A DNA stretch of 64,000 nucleotides from Candidatus Spongiisociaceae bacterium (GTDB taxonomy: Bacteria > Actinomycetota > Acidimicrobiia > Spongiisociales > Spongiisociaceae). Positions within the stretch are counted from its first letter, which is position 1. Each line of letters opens with the position of its first letter. The stretch lies in assembly GCA_965219685.1 (NCBI GenBank), contig CBDCOH010000002.1, positions 4,192,001-4,256,000 of the forward strand, given 5' to 3'. Positions 9,303 through 20,065 of this stretch are shown here, piece after piece. The notes below the pieces were generated by a model. That model was given only the letters and a program-made list of their open reading frames with translations. It had not been told where the DNA came from and searched no databases. The position numbers and the translations under genes are program-made.

Positions 9303-12300
9303 ATGGTTGATGGCCTTGGCATGTTGTCGGCTCTCCGGTGGGGGTGGCGTGGTGCCGCGGGTGTTCCGGGCGGGTGCGTGGGTCTGCTGCTGTTGGCGAT
9401 GTTGTTGGTGCCGGTCCCTGCCGCGGGGGGTAGCGGTAGTGTGCCGGCGCGGCCGGCACGGCCTGCAGTGACCGCGGTTTCTCATGATTCGTTGACGTTG
9501 TCTTGGGCTGATCCCGGAGATGGGTCCATCACGGGTTACCAGATTCTGCGTCGTAGCCCCGACACTGACGTAGTCGGGGTGTTTGTCGTTGTTGAGGATG
9601 ACACCGCAACGGCGGCTACTACCTATACAGATGTCACTGTGGAGGCGTCGACGTCGTATGTATACCGAGTCAAGGCCCGCAACGCCCACGGGTTGAGTTT
9701 GAGGTCGGGGTTCAGCCGGGTTACCACTCCCGCTGCCCCGTCACCGGTGACCGAGACGGAGACCGATTCGGTGTCGGCGCGTTCTGTTCGGCAGGTCATT
9801 GGCAGTTCGTTGAATCAGCCGCCGGAGTTCCCGGCGACCGAGACCGGTGACCGCAGCGTGGCTGAGAACACGTCGGCTGGGTCTGATGTAGGTGTTCCGG
9901 TCGCGGCTACCGACCCCGACAACGACTCCCTGACCTACTCGCTGGGCGGCACCCATGCCGACGTTTTCGACATTGTTGCCTCTACCGGCCAGCTTCGTAC
10001 CAAGGCAGCGCTGGACTATGAGACAGCCTCGAGCTATTCGGTCGAGGTCGAGGTCACCGACGGCAAGGACGCTTCCGGTTCGTCGGATGACACTATCGAC
10101 GACACGATCGAGGTGACCGTCGCTGTTGACAACGTTGACGAGCCCGGGACGGTGTCGTTCGCTCCGGCCGAAGCCCGGGTTGGAGCGGTGCTCAGAGCCT
10201 CGCTCAGCGACCCGGATGGGCCGACGAGCGTGCGTTGGACATGGCATACCTCCGATGACAAGGTCGACTGGGACCAGATCAGCGGCGCTTCGTCCCATAT
10301 CACGCCGGGCGACGCGGTCGAGGGCAAGTGGCTGAGAGCGAGCGCCGCTTACAGCGACGGCGCGGGCGGTGACAAGACCGCGCAGGGGGTGACGGCTGAT
10401 GTTGTGGCCGTTGAGGAAGCCTCCCCGAAGCTGGTGGTTGAGACGCTCGTGAGGGACGGTATCAAACATCCCTGGGGTATCGCGTTCACGCCCGACTCCA
10501 CGATGCTGTTCACACAGCGGGAGGGTGTGATCAATGCCCGGCTGGCCGACGGGACGCTCAAGACTGTAACCGCGGACTTCTCGGACCTGTATCTCCACCT
10601 CAAGGTCGGACTCATGGCGATAGTCGTGGATCCCGACTTCGCTACCAACCGGCGCTTTTACACCTGCCAGGGTCATACCGGGATGACCGTGCAGGTGATC
10701 GCTTGGACCATCGACGGGGACTACTCGGCGGCGACCCGAGTCAACGACCCGCTCGTCGGGGGTATCGAGACCGACACCCAGCACAGCGGCTGCCGGCTGC
10801 GTTTCGGTCCGCAGGGACACCTGTGGATAGCGACCGGTGACGGCCGCGTGGCGACGGGGCCGCAGGACCTGACATCGCTGGTCGGGAAAGTCCTGCGGGT
10901 GGACTCCATGACGGGCAACGCGCCGGACTCCAATCCGATCGCAGGGTCCCGGGTCTACACCTACGGCCATCGCAACCTTCAAGGGCTGGCTCTGCGGCCA
11001 GGGACGGACCAGATGTGGTCCGTCGAGCACGGTCCGGAGCGCGACGACGAGATCAATCTGCTCACTCCGGGCGGAAACTACGGCTGGAACCCGACCCGCG
11101 ACGGAGAGAACTACACCGAGGACGTCCCGATGACCGACGTCTCCAAGTTCCCCGACGCGGTGCAGGCAAAGTGGTCCTCGGGCCTGCCGACTCTGGCCAC
11201 CTCCGGCGGTATCTTCCTCGAGGGTTCCCAGTGGCGCCACTGGGAGGGCCGGCTGGCGGTGGCCACACTCAAGAACCAGACCCTGCGAGTCTTCGAGTTC
11301 GACTCCGACGGCACGCTGCTGAGCGAGGTGGTCCCGCCCGAGCTCAACAAGACGGGCCAGCGTCTACGGACGCCGATGATGGGTCCCGACGGTGCCCTGT
11401 ACATCGCCACATCCATCACCACCGACGACAAGATCCTGAAGGTCACCCCGCTGTGGCCGCCCGAGTTCGAGTCGGACACCGCCGTCTTCATGGTGCCCGA
11501 GGACGTAGGCACTGCCGATGTCGTTGCAACCGTCGAGGCCACCGACGACAACCCCAGCAGCCTCAGGTACAGCCTGAGCGGTCCCGACGCGGCCTCCTTT
11601 GCTATCGCCGACGACACGGTCGGCAAGTTGACGCCCGCCACGGAACTGGACCACGAGGGGAAAGGCTCGTACGAGGTGACGGTCATCGCGATCAACGGCA
11701 ACCGCCTCAGGGCAAGAATTGCGCTCACGATCATCGCTACCAACGTTGAAGAGCCGCCAACCGTGGACGGTCCCACCGAGGTGACCTACCCGGAGGGCTC
11801 CACGGACGATGTGGCCGTATACACCGCGTCGGATCCCGAGGACGGGGAGCTTCCGGTAACGCTGAGCGGTGCGGACAGCACCTTGTTCACCCTCGACGCC
11901 GGGACGCTGAAGTTCAAGGCGCCGCCCGACCACGAGCAGCCCGGCGACTCGGGCCGGGACAATGACTACAACCTGGTGGTCGAAACCTCCGACGGTGCCA
12001 ACACCGTCGAGCGCGCCGTGACGGTGACCGTAACCGACGTGGACGAGCCGCCAACTCTGGACGGTCCCACCGAGGTGACCTACCCGGAGGGCTCCACGGG
12101 CGATGTGGCCTCCTACACCTTTGACGATCCTGAGGAGAGAACGGCTCAGTGGTCGCTGTCGGGTACCGACCGTCAGAACTTTGGTCTCTCAGGCGGTGTG
12201 CTCTCCTTCGTGGTCTCTCCCGACTACGAGAACCCCCACGACTCCGGCAAAGACAACGACTACGAAGCGGTAGTGCGCATCCTCGACGGGCCTCACACCG

Positions 12301-13862
12301 TCGAGCGCGCGGTGACGGTGACCGTAACCGACGTGGACGAGGACGGGACGTTAACGCTCTCTTCGGCGTATCCCCGCGTCGGGACCTCGGTGACCGCGAC
12401 CCTACGCGACCCAGACGGTGCCGTCTCCGACATAGGCTGGCAATGGGAGACATCCACCGACATCTCCGACCCTCACGGATGGTCGCTTGTCCCGGATGAG
12501 AACAACGCCTCCTACACCCCCACCGACGACGATGAGGAACGCTGGCTGCGGGCAACGGCCTCCTACACAGACCGATACGGCCCCGCCAAGACAGCCCAAT
12601 CCCCGCCCGCGGGTCCGGTCGCGTCAGCGCTCAGCCCCCGCGAGCCCCTGATAAGAGGAGGCGGCGGTGGTGGTGGAGGCGGTGGTGGTGGTGGCTCGGG
12701 TCCGCCGGCCGGTTCGCCCGAGTTCGCTGAAGGGTCGACAGTTGTCCGTTCGGTAGCGGAGAACACCGCGCCCGGAACCAAGATCGGTGATCCCCTGACT
12801 GCGGTGGATCCGGAGGGAGACCCACTCACCTACACGCTGCGCGGCGCCGACGCGGACCTCTTCGACCTGGACACGTCAACGGGTCAGCTACTCACCAGAG
12901 TGGCCCTCGACTACGAAACCGGCAACAGCTACATGGTCACCGTTGACGTGGGAGACAACAAAGACCCCGACGGTGAACCTGACCGAGGTCGTGATGACTC
13001 CATCCGGGTGACCATCCTCGTCACCGACCAAGACGACCCCGGGACCCTCACCCCCTCCGCACCCACCCCACGAGTCGACCAGCCCTTCCACATCGCGCTA
13101 GCCGATGCAGACGGCGGAGTCACCGACCTCGCCTGGAGATGGGAACGATCCCCCAACCGGAACACCTGGGCACCCATAGAAGGCGCCACCGCCCGGACCT
13201 ACACCCCGACCGCCGACGACCAAGGCCACCACCTTCGGATAACCGTCACCTACACCGACACGTTCGGAGCGAACAAGACAGCAACACTCGAGGTCAATGC
13301 AGTTACCAGCGGTGTCCGAACCGGGTTCGAAGACACATCAGCCGACGGTGCGCACACCCCCGCCATCGAGGCCCTAGCCACCGAAGGCGTGTTCGCCGAC
13401 ACCGAATGCGGCCAAAGCCGTTTCTGCCCACACGAACCGATACAACGATGGGTGATGGCAATCTGGATGATCCGCCTCCTCGGCGACGAACCCCCAACAG
13501 TCGGCACGTCCCGCTACGACGACATAGCCGACGGACAGTGGTGGATCCGCTACGTCGAACAACTAGCAGAACTCGGGATCACCGTCGGATGCGACACCAA
13601 CCCACCCCGATACTGCCCCAACGACTCCGTGACCCGAGCGCAGATGGCCACCTTCCTCACACGCGCTCTCCAACTCCAACCCGCAGCCCCCGCCGGGTTC
13701 GCAGACACCGGAGGCAACACCCACCAAGCCGACATCGACGCGCTATACGCGGCAGGCATCACCGTCGGATGCGACAACCACCCCCTCCGATACTGCCCCA
13801 ACGACTCCGTGACCCGAGCGCAAATGGCCTCCTTCCTACACCGAGCCCTCAACAACCTGTAA
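9303..13862 (+). CDS. Secreted surface protein: Fn3, cadherins, PQQ-dependent sugar dehydrogenase (GSDH-like) domain, Gly linker, 3 SLH
   Basis: GSDH motifs PWGIAF, HSGCRLRFGPQG.LWIATGD, YGHRNLQGLA and EHGPERDDEIN. The C-terminal ~380 aa is highly similar to that of 791..8443. Start approximate. Confidence 0.85.
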   Translation: MVDGLGMLSALRWGWRGAAGVPGGCVGLLLLAMLLVPVPAAGGSGSVPARPARPAVTAVSHDSLTLSWADPGDGSITGYQILRRSPDTDVVGVFVVVEDDTATAATTYTDVTVEASTSYVYRVKARNAHGLSLRSGFSRVTTPAAPSPVTETETDSVSARSVRQVIGSSLNQPPEFPATETGDRSVAENTSAGSDVGVPVAATDPDNDSLTYSLGGTHADVFDIVASTGQLRTKAALDYETASSYSVEVEVTDGKDASGSSDDTIDDTIEVTVAVDNVDEPGTVSFAPAEARVGAVLRASLSDPDGPTSVRWTWHTSDDKVDWDQISGASSHITPGDAVEGKWLRASAAYSDGAGGDKTAQGVTADVVAVEEASPKLVVETLVRDGIKHPWGIAFTPDSTMLFTQREGVINARLADGTLKTVTADFSDLYLHLKVGLMAIVVDPDFATNRRFYTCQGHTGMTVQVIAWTIDGDYSAATRVNDPLVGGIETDTQHSGCRLRFGPQGHLWIATGDGRVATGPQDLTSLVGKVLRVDSMTGNAPDSNPIAGSRVYTYGHRNLQGLALRPGTDQMWSVEHGPERDDEINLLTPGGNYGWNPTRDGENYTEDVPMTDVSKFPDAVQAKWSSGLPTLATSGGIFLEGSQWRHWEGRLAVATLKNQTLRVFEFDSDGTLLSEVVPPELNKTGQRLRTPMMGPDGALYIATSITTDDKILKVTPLWPPEFESDTAVFMVPEDVGTADVVATVEATDDNPSSLRYSLSGPDAASFAIADDTVGKLTPATELDHEGKGSYEVTVIAINGNRLRARIALTIIATNVEEPPTVDGPTEVTYPEGSTDDVAVYTASDPEDGELPVTLSGADSTLFTLDAGTLKFKAPPDHEQPGDSGRDNDYNLVVETSDGANTVERAVTVTVTDVDEPPTLDGPTEVTYPEGSTGDVASYTFDDPEERTAQWSLSGTDRQNFGLSGGVLSFVVSPDYENPHDSGKDNDYEAVVRILDGPHTVERAVTVTVTDVDEDGTLTLSSAYPRVGTSVTATLRDPDGAVSDIGWQWETSTDISDPHGWSLVPDENNASYTPTDDDEERWLRATASYTDRYGPAKTAQSPPAGPVASALSPREPLIRGGGGGGGGGGGGGSGPPAGSPEFAEGSTVVRSVAENTAPGTKIGDPLTAVDPEGDPLTYTLRGADADLFDLDTSTGQLLTRVALDYETGNSYMVTVDVGDNKDPDGEPDRGRDDSIRVTILVTDQDDPGTLTPSAPTPRVDQPFHIALADADGGVTDLAWRWERSPNRNTWAPIEGATARTYTPTADDQGHHLRITVTYTDTFGANKTATLEVNAVTSGVRTGFEDTSADGAHTPAIEALATEGVFADTECGQSRFCPHEPIQRWVMAIWMIRLLGDEPPTVGTSRYDDIADGQWWIRYVEQLAELGITVGCDTNPPRYCPNDSVTRAQMATFLTRALQLQPAAPAGFADTGGNTHQADIDALYAAGITVGCDNHPLRYCPNDSVTRAQMASFLHRALNNL

Positions 13863-14260
13863 CACAAACACCACCCTGTGGAACCAGGCACCGCTCGTCT
13901 GCGTCCCCGAAACCCTCGTAACGGAAGAGCTATCCGCTGCCGAAACCGGTGAAGAGCCAGTTAGACCATGTGTTGGGTAAGGACACGGTGGCTGAAGTCC
14001 CACTTGCTGTACCACGTTGTGGGTTGTGTGCACCCGATGCTGGCCTGCGAAGTCTGAACCGCCCCGCCACCGGCCAGAAGCTAACACCCCAAGAGTACCC
14101 GCAACAATCCGGCTCATCCGGATAGCGGCGCTTGCTCGGGCCGGTCCATTTGGCAGAGTCAGGGGTCGACAGAAGGCAACACCGGAAAGCGTCCAAGCCT
14201 CGATCGGATCGTCCCCGTCCCGATCGGCCGGGTCTGTACCGCCACTCGCGAACGCATTAC

Positions 14261-16108
14261 TCAAGTTGGAGGTCGTCCCATTCCCGAGACCGTGAGGTCG
14301 AGGAGGCAGGTGGCGTATTGGTAGGGTGTTTGTTTGATGTGGTTAACGTATACATCGCTTATGTTAACGATATAGCAGAGGTCTCCGTCTGTGGGTTCGG
14401 CTAGTTGACCCGAGTTTGTATCGCCGTGAACTGCCCATACGATTCCGTTTTCGACGCCGGCGACCCGTGAGAGTATCTGTACCTGAACAGGGCCTTGGTC
14501 GTTTGTGACGGTGATTGTCATACTGGAGAAGTTAGCGTTAGGTAGCGTGAACGACCAGCGACTCCAGACCGTCTGTGCTGGTACGTAGCCAGAGGGGGGC
14601 CAGGATACGAAGCCACGTTCCTCGCGAACGTCCGGACGGGACCCCCAGGCGTTGTCGTCCTGTACGTGGAGGGCGTTTGACCTTCGGCCTTGGGGTACGT
14701 CGCCGGTGCCGGTCTCTCGAAGTTGCGGGTAGAGAATCCAGAGTCGGTGACCAACACTGATGTTGTGGAGACCGGAGTCTTGCATATAGCCGTCGATAGC
14801 GGAGACACCAGCTGCTCCGAGTGCGAGGTTGCTGCGGGCTGCGGTGGCAGCGCCGACGGTTGTGTAACAAGCCCAATCGCTGCTCGGATAGTGGGACAGG
14901 TTATTCTCGGCCGACATCATCATGGCGGTCTCGCGCGTGGCTGTGGAGTATTCGGGCCGTTCCGTGACCTGGGGAAGTCCGGCCATCTGCCGGTACCAGT
15001 TGACCCGTCCGATGACGCTGTCGCGGTACTCCTGGCTGGTGGCGCCTACTACACAGTCGGCGATGCTTCCGGTGTATCCGGGATCGGGTTCGGTCCGGTC
15101 GAACTCCGTCGAGTAGGCCTCCAGTACCGCGGATCGGTCCCATGTGTCGATGCCAGGACCTGCGGTGGCGTTGCCGGCGGTCTTCGTCCGAGTAAACGGC
15201 AACGAAGGAAGGTTGCCTCTGTTCTCCCTGTCTGTGACCGCATTCCCGGGTACCCGTACCATCACGGTTCCATCCGCAGCCGGTTCGATCAGCGCCCGGT
15301 AGGACGACCCTGAACCGCTGAGGCTCGTGACGCTGCCGTTGACGACATCTATTGCTTTGCTAGTCAGTCCGGTCACCGGTTGAGAAAAGCGGATCTCCAC
15401 TTCGAAAGCACCGCTTACTTCCCGCTCGTCCGGTGAGCTGACTTGAACCGATACGTCGCCTGTCGCTCGAGCCCGGGTGAGGAAGGATGACATCTGAGCA
15501 CGGGTGACGTCGCCGCGAGGGCAGAACCGGGCCGGACCCGTCCCACAACCCTTCGTGACCCCGGCAGCGGCCAACGCGTTGATCCCAGCCGCATGAACAC
15601 TGCCCGCAATATCGACGAACCCGGCGTCCGGTCCCGTCGCTAGACGGAACGCCCGAGTCAGGAAGGTCGCCATCTGTCCCCGGGTCACCGTGTCCCCCGG
15701 ACAGAACCGGGCCGGACCCGTCGCGCAACCCCGGGTAACCCCCAAATCAGCCAAACGCTCGACAAACGGTGTCCACCACAAACCAGCATCTATGTCCGAA
15801 AACCGAGATGGCCCCGAAACGACCGGATCTACACCATCCAGAACCCGAACCAGCCACACCGCCATCACCCAACGCAGGATCGGCTCGCCCGGACAGAACC
15901 GGCCCGCATCGCATGCGGTTCCCTCGAACACTCCATCGTCGGCCAGAGCCCGAACATCCGACTCGTGAACCCCCGCCTCGCCAACATCAGAAAACCGGTC
16001 CTCACCCCCAGCCGTACCTCCATTACCCAACAACAATCCCACCACCGACAGCACAACCAGACCAGCCCTCACCCGCACCGCAGTACCGCCCCGATGTCTA
16101 CGAGACAT
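14261..16108 (-). CDS. SLH-anchored protein with Ig-like and CAP (SCP) domains
   Basis: N-terminal FCP..VTRGQMATFL SLH repeats; CAP motifs VNWYRQMAGL, LSHYP and GHRLWIL. Start approximate (ORF is open to 16144). Confidence 0.8.
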   Translation of the reverse strand: MSRRHRGGTAVRVRAGLVVLSVVGLLLGNGGTAGGEDRFSDVGEAGVHESDVRALADDGVFEGTACDAGRFCPGEPILRWVMAVWLVRVLDGVDPVVSGPSRFSDIDAGLWWTPFVERLADLGVTRGCATGPARFCPGDTVTRGQMATFLTRAFRLATGPDAGFVDIAGSVHAAGINALAAAGVTKGCGTGPARFCPRGDVTRAQMSSFLTRARATGDVSVQVSSPDEREVSGAFEVEIRFSQPVTGLTSKAIDVVNGSVTSLSGSGSSYRALIEPAADGTVMVRVPGNAVTDRENRGNLPSLPFTRTKTAGNATAGPGIDTWDRSAVLEAYSTEFDRTEPDPGYTGSIADCVVGATSQEYRDSVIGRVNWYRQMAGLPQVTERPEYSTATRETAMMMSAENNLSHYPSSDWACYTTVGAATAARSNLALGAAGVSAIDGYMQDSGLHNISVGHRLWILYPQLRETGTGDVPQGRRSNALHVQDDNAWGSRPDVREERGFVSWPPSGYVPAQTVWSRWSFTLPNANFSSMTITVTNDQGPVQVQILSRVAGVENGIVWAVHGDTNSGQLAEPTDGDLCYIVNISDVYVNHIKQTPYQYATCLLDLTVSGMGRPPT

Positions 16109-16327
16109 CGCGAACCGAACCTGACATGTTTGTATCGACGGCATCGTCCGTCTCCCGAACCGAGAACCACTAACACTGGAACCCGCTCACACCCACCCAA
16201 GACAACTCGGCGCTTTGTTCCACCAAAGCGTCCACCGAAGCGGGCCAACCGCAACTAGTTCTCGACGCTTTGGTATGGCCGTGATCACTAGCAGTGTTCG
16301 ACCGGGTGGTCCTCCACACGTGGCAGC

Positions 16328-18844
16328 TCATCCCTTTTCGCTTCTTGGGGTTCCTCCCGCCTGTATCCATACCGGCTTTGAGTCAAGGCCGGTGGTGAGT
16401 TGTTCGGGATTCTCGCCGTCGAATCCCATAATCCAAATCCCGTGTCCGGGCTCCAACTCGATGGTGTCCGATCTGGATCCTCCATAATCACCGTAGATAT
16501 AACTAGTAGCGTGCCCGTAGACCATGCGGGTGCCGTCCGGCGACAAAACGCTGCCAGCAAACCAAAAACGGTGATCCGTTATCTTCTGTTGGGTGCCCGT
16601 GTTCACATCCACGAGGTAGAAGTTAATGCCGTCGTTGTAGACGAGGCGAGAGCCATCCGGTAGCCATTGCAGATCCCTCGGATCTCTCTCGGGTGTTGCT
16701 ACTTCTCGGTTGTAGTGACCGTCAGCGCTTATGACATAGATCGATTTCCAATCGTAGGTATATGCGAGGAGAGTGCTGTCCGACGACCACGCAATGGAGC
16801 TTATAGGTCCGCTTGCTATTTGCTTTTGGTTCTCCCCACCGGGTCCTGAAACGAAGATACCATGGCTACCGCTGTTTGTGTACGCGAGGCGGCTACTGTC
16901 GGGTGACCACGCTGGGCGATCGGCGTCATAGATTAGGGTTCGGGTACTGTTGTCCGGATCGATGATGACGATGGTGGAGTGGTCCTGTACGTATGTAAGG
17001 TACCTACCGTCGGGAGACCACAGGGGAGTAGGTACCCATCCACAAGCGCCAGCAGCCAGGTATTGTCTGTTGGTGCCGTCAGCCTCGATAAGGTACAGTG
17101 ATCGCCCGTCGTTGTAGGCAATTCTGCTGCCGTCCGGTGACCAGGCAGCCCGCTCTACTATCTCCCGAAGAGTCTTCAACTCGGGGTCATCGGTAGTGTC
17201 CGCCGTCAGAGAAGCCAAAGGCTGTACATTGCCGCCGTCGGCGTTCATCACCAGAAACTCGACCTCGTCGCTGCCTACATAGGCGACTTGTGTACCGTCG
17301 GGAGACCAGGAAGGGTCATGGCCGTGCCATGTGAGTACTCGCTGGCCGGAACCGTCCAACTCCGTCACGAAGATCCCGGGATCCGTCACGCCGTGGCTGT
17401 AGGCGATGCGAGTACTATCGGGCGACCACACCGGTCCCTGATCTCGCTCGTCGGACGTGAGCTGTTTACGGTTGGTACCGTCCGGGTCTATTACATAGAT
17501 TCCCGGGTCTCCGACATAAGCGATCCGGCTACCGTCGGGGGACCACACCGGGTTCCTGCCGTTATCGGCTAGTGTCCTTCGATGATTACCATCAGCATCC
17601 ACCACCCAGACCTCGGACAGTCTGTCCTGGAACTTGCCCGGAGAGTAGGTGACTCCATAGACGAGACGGTCACCGTCAGGGGACCAACGCGGGCTGTAAC
17701 CCTTGTCGGACACCTGCCTCTTCCCGGTGCCGTCACCGCTCATCACCCAAATAGATCCATCATCTGAGGAGTGCGCACCGGCCGTGGCAAAAGCGATCCG
17801 GGTACCGTCGGGAGACCACACCGGACTCAGACCCCTGAACCAGCCCGTTTCAGGACGATACACCGGGCCTTCGACCAGCGGCCTCCTGCCCGTGCCGTCC
17901 GTGTTGACAAGCCACACCTCAGATGATGCCGCAACATAAACAAACCTGGTCCCGTCCGGATGCCAAACCGGGTGGAAACCCCCATCAGAAGTGACCTGGC
18001 TCCGGTCTGTTCCGTCAGCACCCACCACCCTGATCCCATCGTCACGACCACCGTGATACGCGATCCGGGTGCTGTCCGCCGACCATACCGGGTTCCAACC
18101 CACATGGTCAGTCAGCCGCGTCGGGTTCGAACCATCCGCGTTCATCACCCAAATCTGTCTACCAACCGTGCGGCTGAAAGCGATACGCGGCTCCGGTGGC
18201 ACATATTCACGGGCTCGGTTGAGGAAGGACGACATCTGTGCTCGGGTCACATCCCCACTGGGGCAGAACCGGGCCGGCCCCGTACCACAACCCTTCGTGA
18301 CCCCGGCAGCGGCCAACGCGTTGATCCCAGTTGTGTGGACACTGCCCGCGATGTCTACGAACCCTGCGTCCGGTCCCGAAGCGAGATCGAACGCTCGACT
18401 CAAGAACGTCGCCATCTGCGCCCGGCTCACGGAATCCAGCGGACAGAACCGGGCCGGACCGCTGGCACAGCCTAAGGTAACCTCCAAATCAGCTAAACGT
18501 TCCACATAAGGCGCCCACCACAAACCAGCATCCACATCCGCGAACCGTGACGAACCCGAACCAACCGGGTCCTCACCGTCCAGAACCCGAACCAGCCACA
18601 CCGCCATCACCCAACGCTCAACCGGATCCCCCGGACAGAACCGATCCGTACCACACTCGGTACCCTCAAACACCCCATCAGCCGCCAGAGCCCGAACAGC
18701 CCCCTCATGAACACCCGCCTCGGCAACATCAGAGAACCCGTCCAAAGCCTCCGCCACGGACCTACCAGCACCCACCGACAACACAACCACCGACAACACA
18801 AGCACCCCAACACCCAAGAACCGCCCGACGGGCCGAACCCTCAC
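16328..18844 (-). CDS. SLH-anchored TolB-like (PD40 repeat) beta-propeller protein
   Basis: Three SLH repeats followed by many P.WSPDG.RIAY repeats. Start approximate (ORF is open to 18859). Confidence 0.85.
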   Translation of the reverse strand: MRVRPVGRFLGVGVLVLSVVVLSVGAGRSVAEALDGFSDVAEAGVHEGAVRALAADGVFEGTECGTDRFCPGDPVERWVMAVWLVRVLDGEDPVGSGSSRFADVDAGLWWAPYVERLADLEVTLGCASGPARFCPLDSVSRAQMATFLSRAFDLASGPDAGFVDIAGSVHTTGINALAAAGVTKGCGTGPARFCPSGDVTRAQMSSFLNRAREYVPPEPRIAFSRTVGRQIWVMNADGSNPTRLTDHVGWNPVWSADSTRIAYHGGRDDGIRVVGADGTDRSQVTSDGGFHPVWHPDGTRFVYVAASSEVWLVNTDGTGRRPLVEGPVYRPETGWFRGLSPVWSPDGTRIAFATAGAHSSDDGSIWVMSGDGTGKRQVSDKGYSPRWSPDGDRLVYGVTYSPGKFQDRLSEVWVVDADGNHRRTLADNGRNPVWSPDGSRIAYVGDPGIYVIDPDGTNRKQLTSDERDQGPVWSPDSTRIAYSHGVTDPGIFVTELDGSGQRVLTWHGHDPSWSPDGTQVAYVGSDEVEFLVMNADGGNVQPLASLTADTTDDPELKTLREIVERAAWSPDGSRIAYNDGRSLYLIEADGTNRQYLAAGACGWVPTPLWSPDGRYLTYVQDHSTIVIIDPDNSTRTLIYDADRPAWSPDSSRLAYTNSGSHGIFVSGPGGENQKQIASGPISSIAWSSDSTLLAYTYDWKSIYVISADGHYNREVATPERDPRDLQWLPDGSRLVYNDGINFYLVDVNTGTQQKITDHRFWFAGSVLSPDGTRMVYGHATSYIYGDYGGSRSDTIELEPGHGIWIMGFDGENPEQLTTGLDSKPVWIQAGGTPRSEKG

Positions 18845-19133
18845 GTCGAGCCCACCCACGAGGACACACCAAATCTATCGCTAACCAGCACCAGATTTGC
18901 CGGAGAGTGTTCTACTTGACACCAGCGGACTAGGGCTGGGGCGCGTTCAAGGCGGTACATGTCCTCCCTTAAGACTTGGTCGGCTTCCCTGCCTTCGGGA
19001 ACCTTCTGTCTTGATCCATACCCGCACCGGTGTTGAGAACAGTCCAGATAGTGCCCGAAGTTCACCCCACTCTACAAGTCTATAAGTAAGCTGTGCGTGA
19101 GATCCTCGGCTATACGTATGATATTAGTGTTAA
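18845..19133 (-). promoter_or_regulatory. Conserved promoter/leader element, copy C
   Basis: Minus strand TTAACA-N5-ATCATA-N13-ATCTCA-N5-AGCTTA, then TTGTAG-N18-CACTAT and the CCGGTGCGGGTATGGAT block. Confidence 0.65.
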
Positions 19134-19327
19134 CTCTAGTCCCCTGTGGTCTGCTTGTGGTTTGTCGGCTGTTCCGGGATTGAACCGTCCCTGGTTCACA
19201 GGAGAGCGCCCACCGCAGCGGGTCAACCCCAGTACACCGCGCAGAGGGCATCGTGAACCGCACCGGCTCACCTGAGCGTCCACTCGAGCGGGTCAACCTT
19301 ATCCTGCGGTTGTTCCTCATAAACCAC

Positions 19328-19546
19328 TCATTGCTCCTCTAGGTAGTCGTCCTTCATGGCTTGGACTTCGTTCCGGAGGGCGGTCAGCTTTCGATCCATT
19401 CGGCCTAGTCGGGCGCTGTGGCCTCGGAGGCGTGACTCGATGTTTCCGAGGCGGGCTCGGACTTCGGCGATGTCGTTGGCGATGACGGAGATGCGGTCGG
19501 TGATCCGGCCCAGGCGTCGAACGATGATGGATGTCAGGCTATCCAT
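19328..19546 (-). CDS. Small coiled-coil hypothetical protein (72 aa)
   Basis: MDSLTSIIVRRLGRITDRISVIANDIAEVRARLGNIESRL...LEEQ shows a heptad pattern. Confidence 0.5.
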   Translation of the reverse strand: MDSLTSIIVRRLGRITDRISVIANDIAEVRARLGNIESRLRGHSARLGRMDRKLTALRNEVQAMKDDYLEEQ

Positions 19547-19709
19547 GCGGCAACAATCCGCAGCAGGATGACGAGAGAGAGGGGGAGGAGGTATCCGCAT
19601 CCGCGCCGAGATGGGGGCGCTGCTTCGCCGGGTTTCGCTGCCCGCTCTGCCCTTTGAGAGCTTCGCCTTCTCTGTTGGCCGCATCACGGACCCGACGCTG
19701 GTTGGCCAT
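19539..19709 (-). pseudogene. Frameshifted remnant of a surface-protein N-terminus
   Basis: MANQRRVRDAANREGEALKG aligns to MGKQRRVRLAANKEREALNG (26368). The signal-peptide part (GCGYLLPLSLVILL) lies in another frame. Confidence 0.6.
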
Positions 19710-19971
19710 ACTCCCCGATCTTCTCCCTCTCCCGTAGCCGGTTGGCCTGCACCAGAATGCGGTACCGGCAAGATCCCGGATGAAATCTCAGGCCGCAGGG
19801 CTGCCGCTACCCCGTAGGGTCCCCTGAACCCTCCTTCCGCCGAGCACCACTCGCTCTGATCCATACCCGCACCGGGCTCAATCCGAATGATGCTCCAAAC
19901 TCCGCTACCCTACAAACTTCAATATAAGATAGCCGTGAGGCAGACAGCCATCTATATGATATATCTATAAA
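19710..19971 (-). promoter_or_regulatory. Conserved promoter/leader element, copy D
   Basis: TTTATA-N5-ATCATA-N13-GCCTCA-N5-ATCTTA-N9-TTGTAG-N17-CATCAT. The leader is collinear with copy G. Confidence 0.75.
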
Positions 19972-20065
19972 CTCTGGGTCAAACGACCGGATCCACCCCA
20001 CCTAACGTCCAATCCGAGCCGCCACACCTACCTGTTGCTCGGGGCTGCTTGTGACCGGGTCAGGG

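Noticed and set aside
19850-19885. GGGTAT in the leader as a SigF/SigB-type -10
   Set aside because: The upstream GGATT is only 11 nt away rather than ~16, and the motif is not intact in all copies.
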